Shown here in pieces: positions 62,582-64,000 of a stretch of 64,000 bases of DNA. The notes beneath the pieces were generated by a model. That model was not told the DNA's origin. It made no database searches and saw nothing but the letters and a program-made list of their open reading frames with translations. The position numbers and the translations under genes were made by a program. Source of the stretch: Dehalococcoidia bacterium (GTDB lineage Bacteria > Chloroflexota > Dehalococcoidia > DSTF01 > RBG-16-68-14); the NCBI GenBank assembly GCA_040882355.1, contig JBBEBM010000017.1, forward strand, positions 62,001 through 126,000, written 5' to 3'. Numbering within the stretch: position 1 is the first letter of the stretch; every line of letters begins with the position of its first letter.

Positions 62582-63139
62582 ATGATCGACGAGACGCTGA
62601 CGGACGCGGAGCAGCGCATGGCCAAGGCAGTGGAGGCGCTACGGAGGGAGCTCGCGACGGTGCGCACCGGCCGCGCGAGCCCGGCCCTGATCGAGCACCT
62701 GCGCATCGACTACTACGGCACGCCGACGCCGCTCAACCAGCTCGCCACGATCGCGGTGCCGGACGCGCGCCTGCTGACGGTCCAGCCGTGGGACAAGAAC
62801 GCGCTGGGCCCGATCGAGAAGTCGATCCAGAAGTCGGACCTGGGGCTGAACCCGTCGAATGACGGCAACATCATCCGGCTGGCCATCCCGCCCCTCACGG
62901 AGGACCGGCGCAAGGACATGGTGAAGACCGTCCACAAGAAGGTGGAGGACGGGCGCGTATCGATCCGCAACGTCCGTCGCGACGCGCACGAAATGCTGCG
63001 CGAGCTGCTTCGTGAGAAGGACGTCTCCGAGGACGAGGAGCACCGCGCCCAGGAGCAGCTCCAGAAGGTGACAGATCGCTTCATCGCCGAGGCCGAGAAC
63101 GTCGGTCTGGAGAAGGAGCGGGAGCTGATGGAGGTCTAG
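62582..63139 (+). CDS. frr: Ribosome recycling factor
   Basis: RTGRA, DYYG, PPLTEDRR and RNVRR. Confidence 0.97.
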   Translation: MIDETLTDAEQRMAKAVEALRRELATVRTGRASPALIEHLRIDYYGTPTPLNQLATIAVPDARLLTVQPWDKNALGPIEKSIQKSDLGLNPSNDGNIIRLAIPPLTEDRRKDMVKTVHKKVEDGRVSIRNVRRDAHEMLRELLREKDVSEDEEHRAQEQLQKVTDRFIAEAENVGLEKERELMEV

Positions 63140-63146
63140 GGCCGCC

Positions 63147-63926
63147 GTGGTCGTGCAGCCGGTCTCGAAGGAAGCGCCTCGTCTCACGCTGGAGAACGTG
63201 CCGCAGCACGCCGCGATCATCATGGACGGCAACGGCCGCTGGGCGAAGGAGCGCGGCCTATCGAGGCAGGCGGGGCATCGCGCGGGGACGGAGAACATTC
63301 GCCGCGTGATCGAGACCTTCGCCGAGTACGAGGTGCCGGTGTTGACGCTGTTCGCGTTCTCGACAGAGAACTGGGCGCGCCCGAAACGCGAGGTGAACGC
63401 CCTGATCCGGCTGGTCGGGCGCACAATCGACAAGGAGCTGAACGCGCTGCATGAGAACGGCGTCCGCTTGCGTCACCTGGGCCGCCTCGACCCACTGTCG
63501 CCGGATCTGCGCAAGCGCGTCGAGCACGCCATCGAGCAGACGAAGGAGAACACGCGGATCACCGTCAACCTCGCCTTCAACTACGGCGGCCGCCAGGAGA
63601 TCATCGAAGCGGTGCGGCGTATCGTCGAGGACGGGGTGCCGGCGGAGCGCATCGATGAGGCGCTGTTCGCGTCGTACCTGTACACGGCCGGTCTGCCGGA
63701 CGCGGACCTGGTGATCCGCACCGCCGGCGAGGTGCGGCTCTCGAACTTCCTGCTGTGGCAGTCCGCTTACGCCGAATACTACGCCACGCCGGTCTACTGG
63801 CCCGACTTCGGCGTCGAGGAGATCGAGCGGGCGCTGCTCGCCTTCAGCCAGCGCCAGCGCCGCTTCGGAGGCCTGCCGGGCGATTCGCCCGCCAACGGCC
63901 GCCCCAAGCGCGCGAACGGCCCCTAG
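63147..63926 (+). CDS. uppS: Polyprenyl (undecaprenyl) diphosphate synthase
   Basis: IIMDGNGRW, FSTENW, YGGR and RLSNFLLWQ. Confidence 0.97.
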   Translation: MVVQPVSKEAPRLTLENVPQHAAIIMDGNGRWAKERGLSRQAGHRAGTENIRRVIETFAEYEVPVLTLFAFSTENWARPKREVNALIRLVGRTIDKELNALHENGVRLRHLGRLDPLSPDLRKRVEHAIEQTKENTRITVNLAFNYGGRQEIIEAVRRIVEDGVPAERIDEALFASYLYTAGLPDADLVIRTAGEVRLSNFLLWQSAYAEYYATPVYWPDFGVEEIERALLAFSQRQRRFGGLPGDSPANGRPKRANGP

Positions 63927-63936
63927 CTCCCGCCAC

Positions 63937-64000
63937 ATGCTCGCCCAGCGGGTCGCGAGCGCAGCCGTCGGCCTCCCCCTCGTCTTCCTGCTGATCTGGG
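63937..64000 (+). CDS. cdsA: Phosphatidate cytidylyltransferase (5' partial)
   Basis: MLAQRVASAAVGLPLVFLLIW at the canonical position after uppS; runs off the window. Confidence 0.75.
   Translation, partial: MLAQRVASAAVGLPLVFLLIW

Overview
High-GC bacterial chromosome window, most likely Chloroflexota (Dehalococcoidia-like). This is inferred from the short EF-Ts, a Chloroflexi-type C-terminal surface-protein tail and the gene content. The core backbone is aspS, three GT-C glycosyltransferases, mreBCD-mrdA-rodA, ligA, hisH-A-F-I, two O-antigen-ligase-like proteins, a sulfotransferase, a hybrid histidine kinase, an L,D-transpeptidase, a sugar ABC transporter and rpsB-tsf-pyrH-frr-uppS-cdsA. 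Several accessory inserts sit between these. Best candidates for new biology: (1) an ArsM-like methyltransferase with an in-frame UGA at the conserved Cys position and a SECIS-like hairpin. It lacks the other ArsM cysteines and lies in a persulfide dioxygenase/rhodanese/MFS/ArsR-rhodanese locus. (2) A highly structured ~180-270 nt putative ncRNA inside a 3.2 kb island of secreted ORFans bounded by an 8-bp direct repeat. (3) An ABC1/UbiB kinase gene bracketed by a 55-bp duplication of the upstream gene's 3' end. (4) A ~110-bp dispersed repeat with terminal direct repeats and a central palindrome. (5) A PafBC-like WYL promoter motif upstream of a VOC operon. No tRNA, rRNA, CRISPR array, transposase or integrase was seen. 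All alignments and folds were done by eye.
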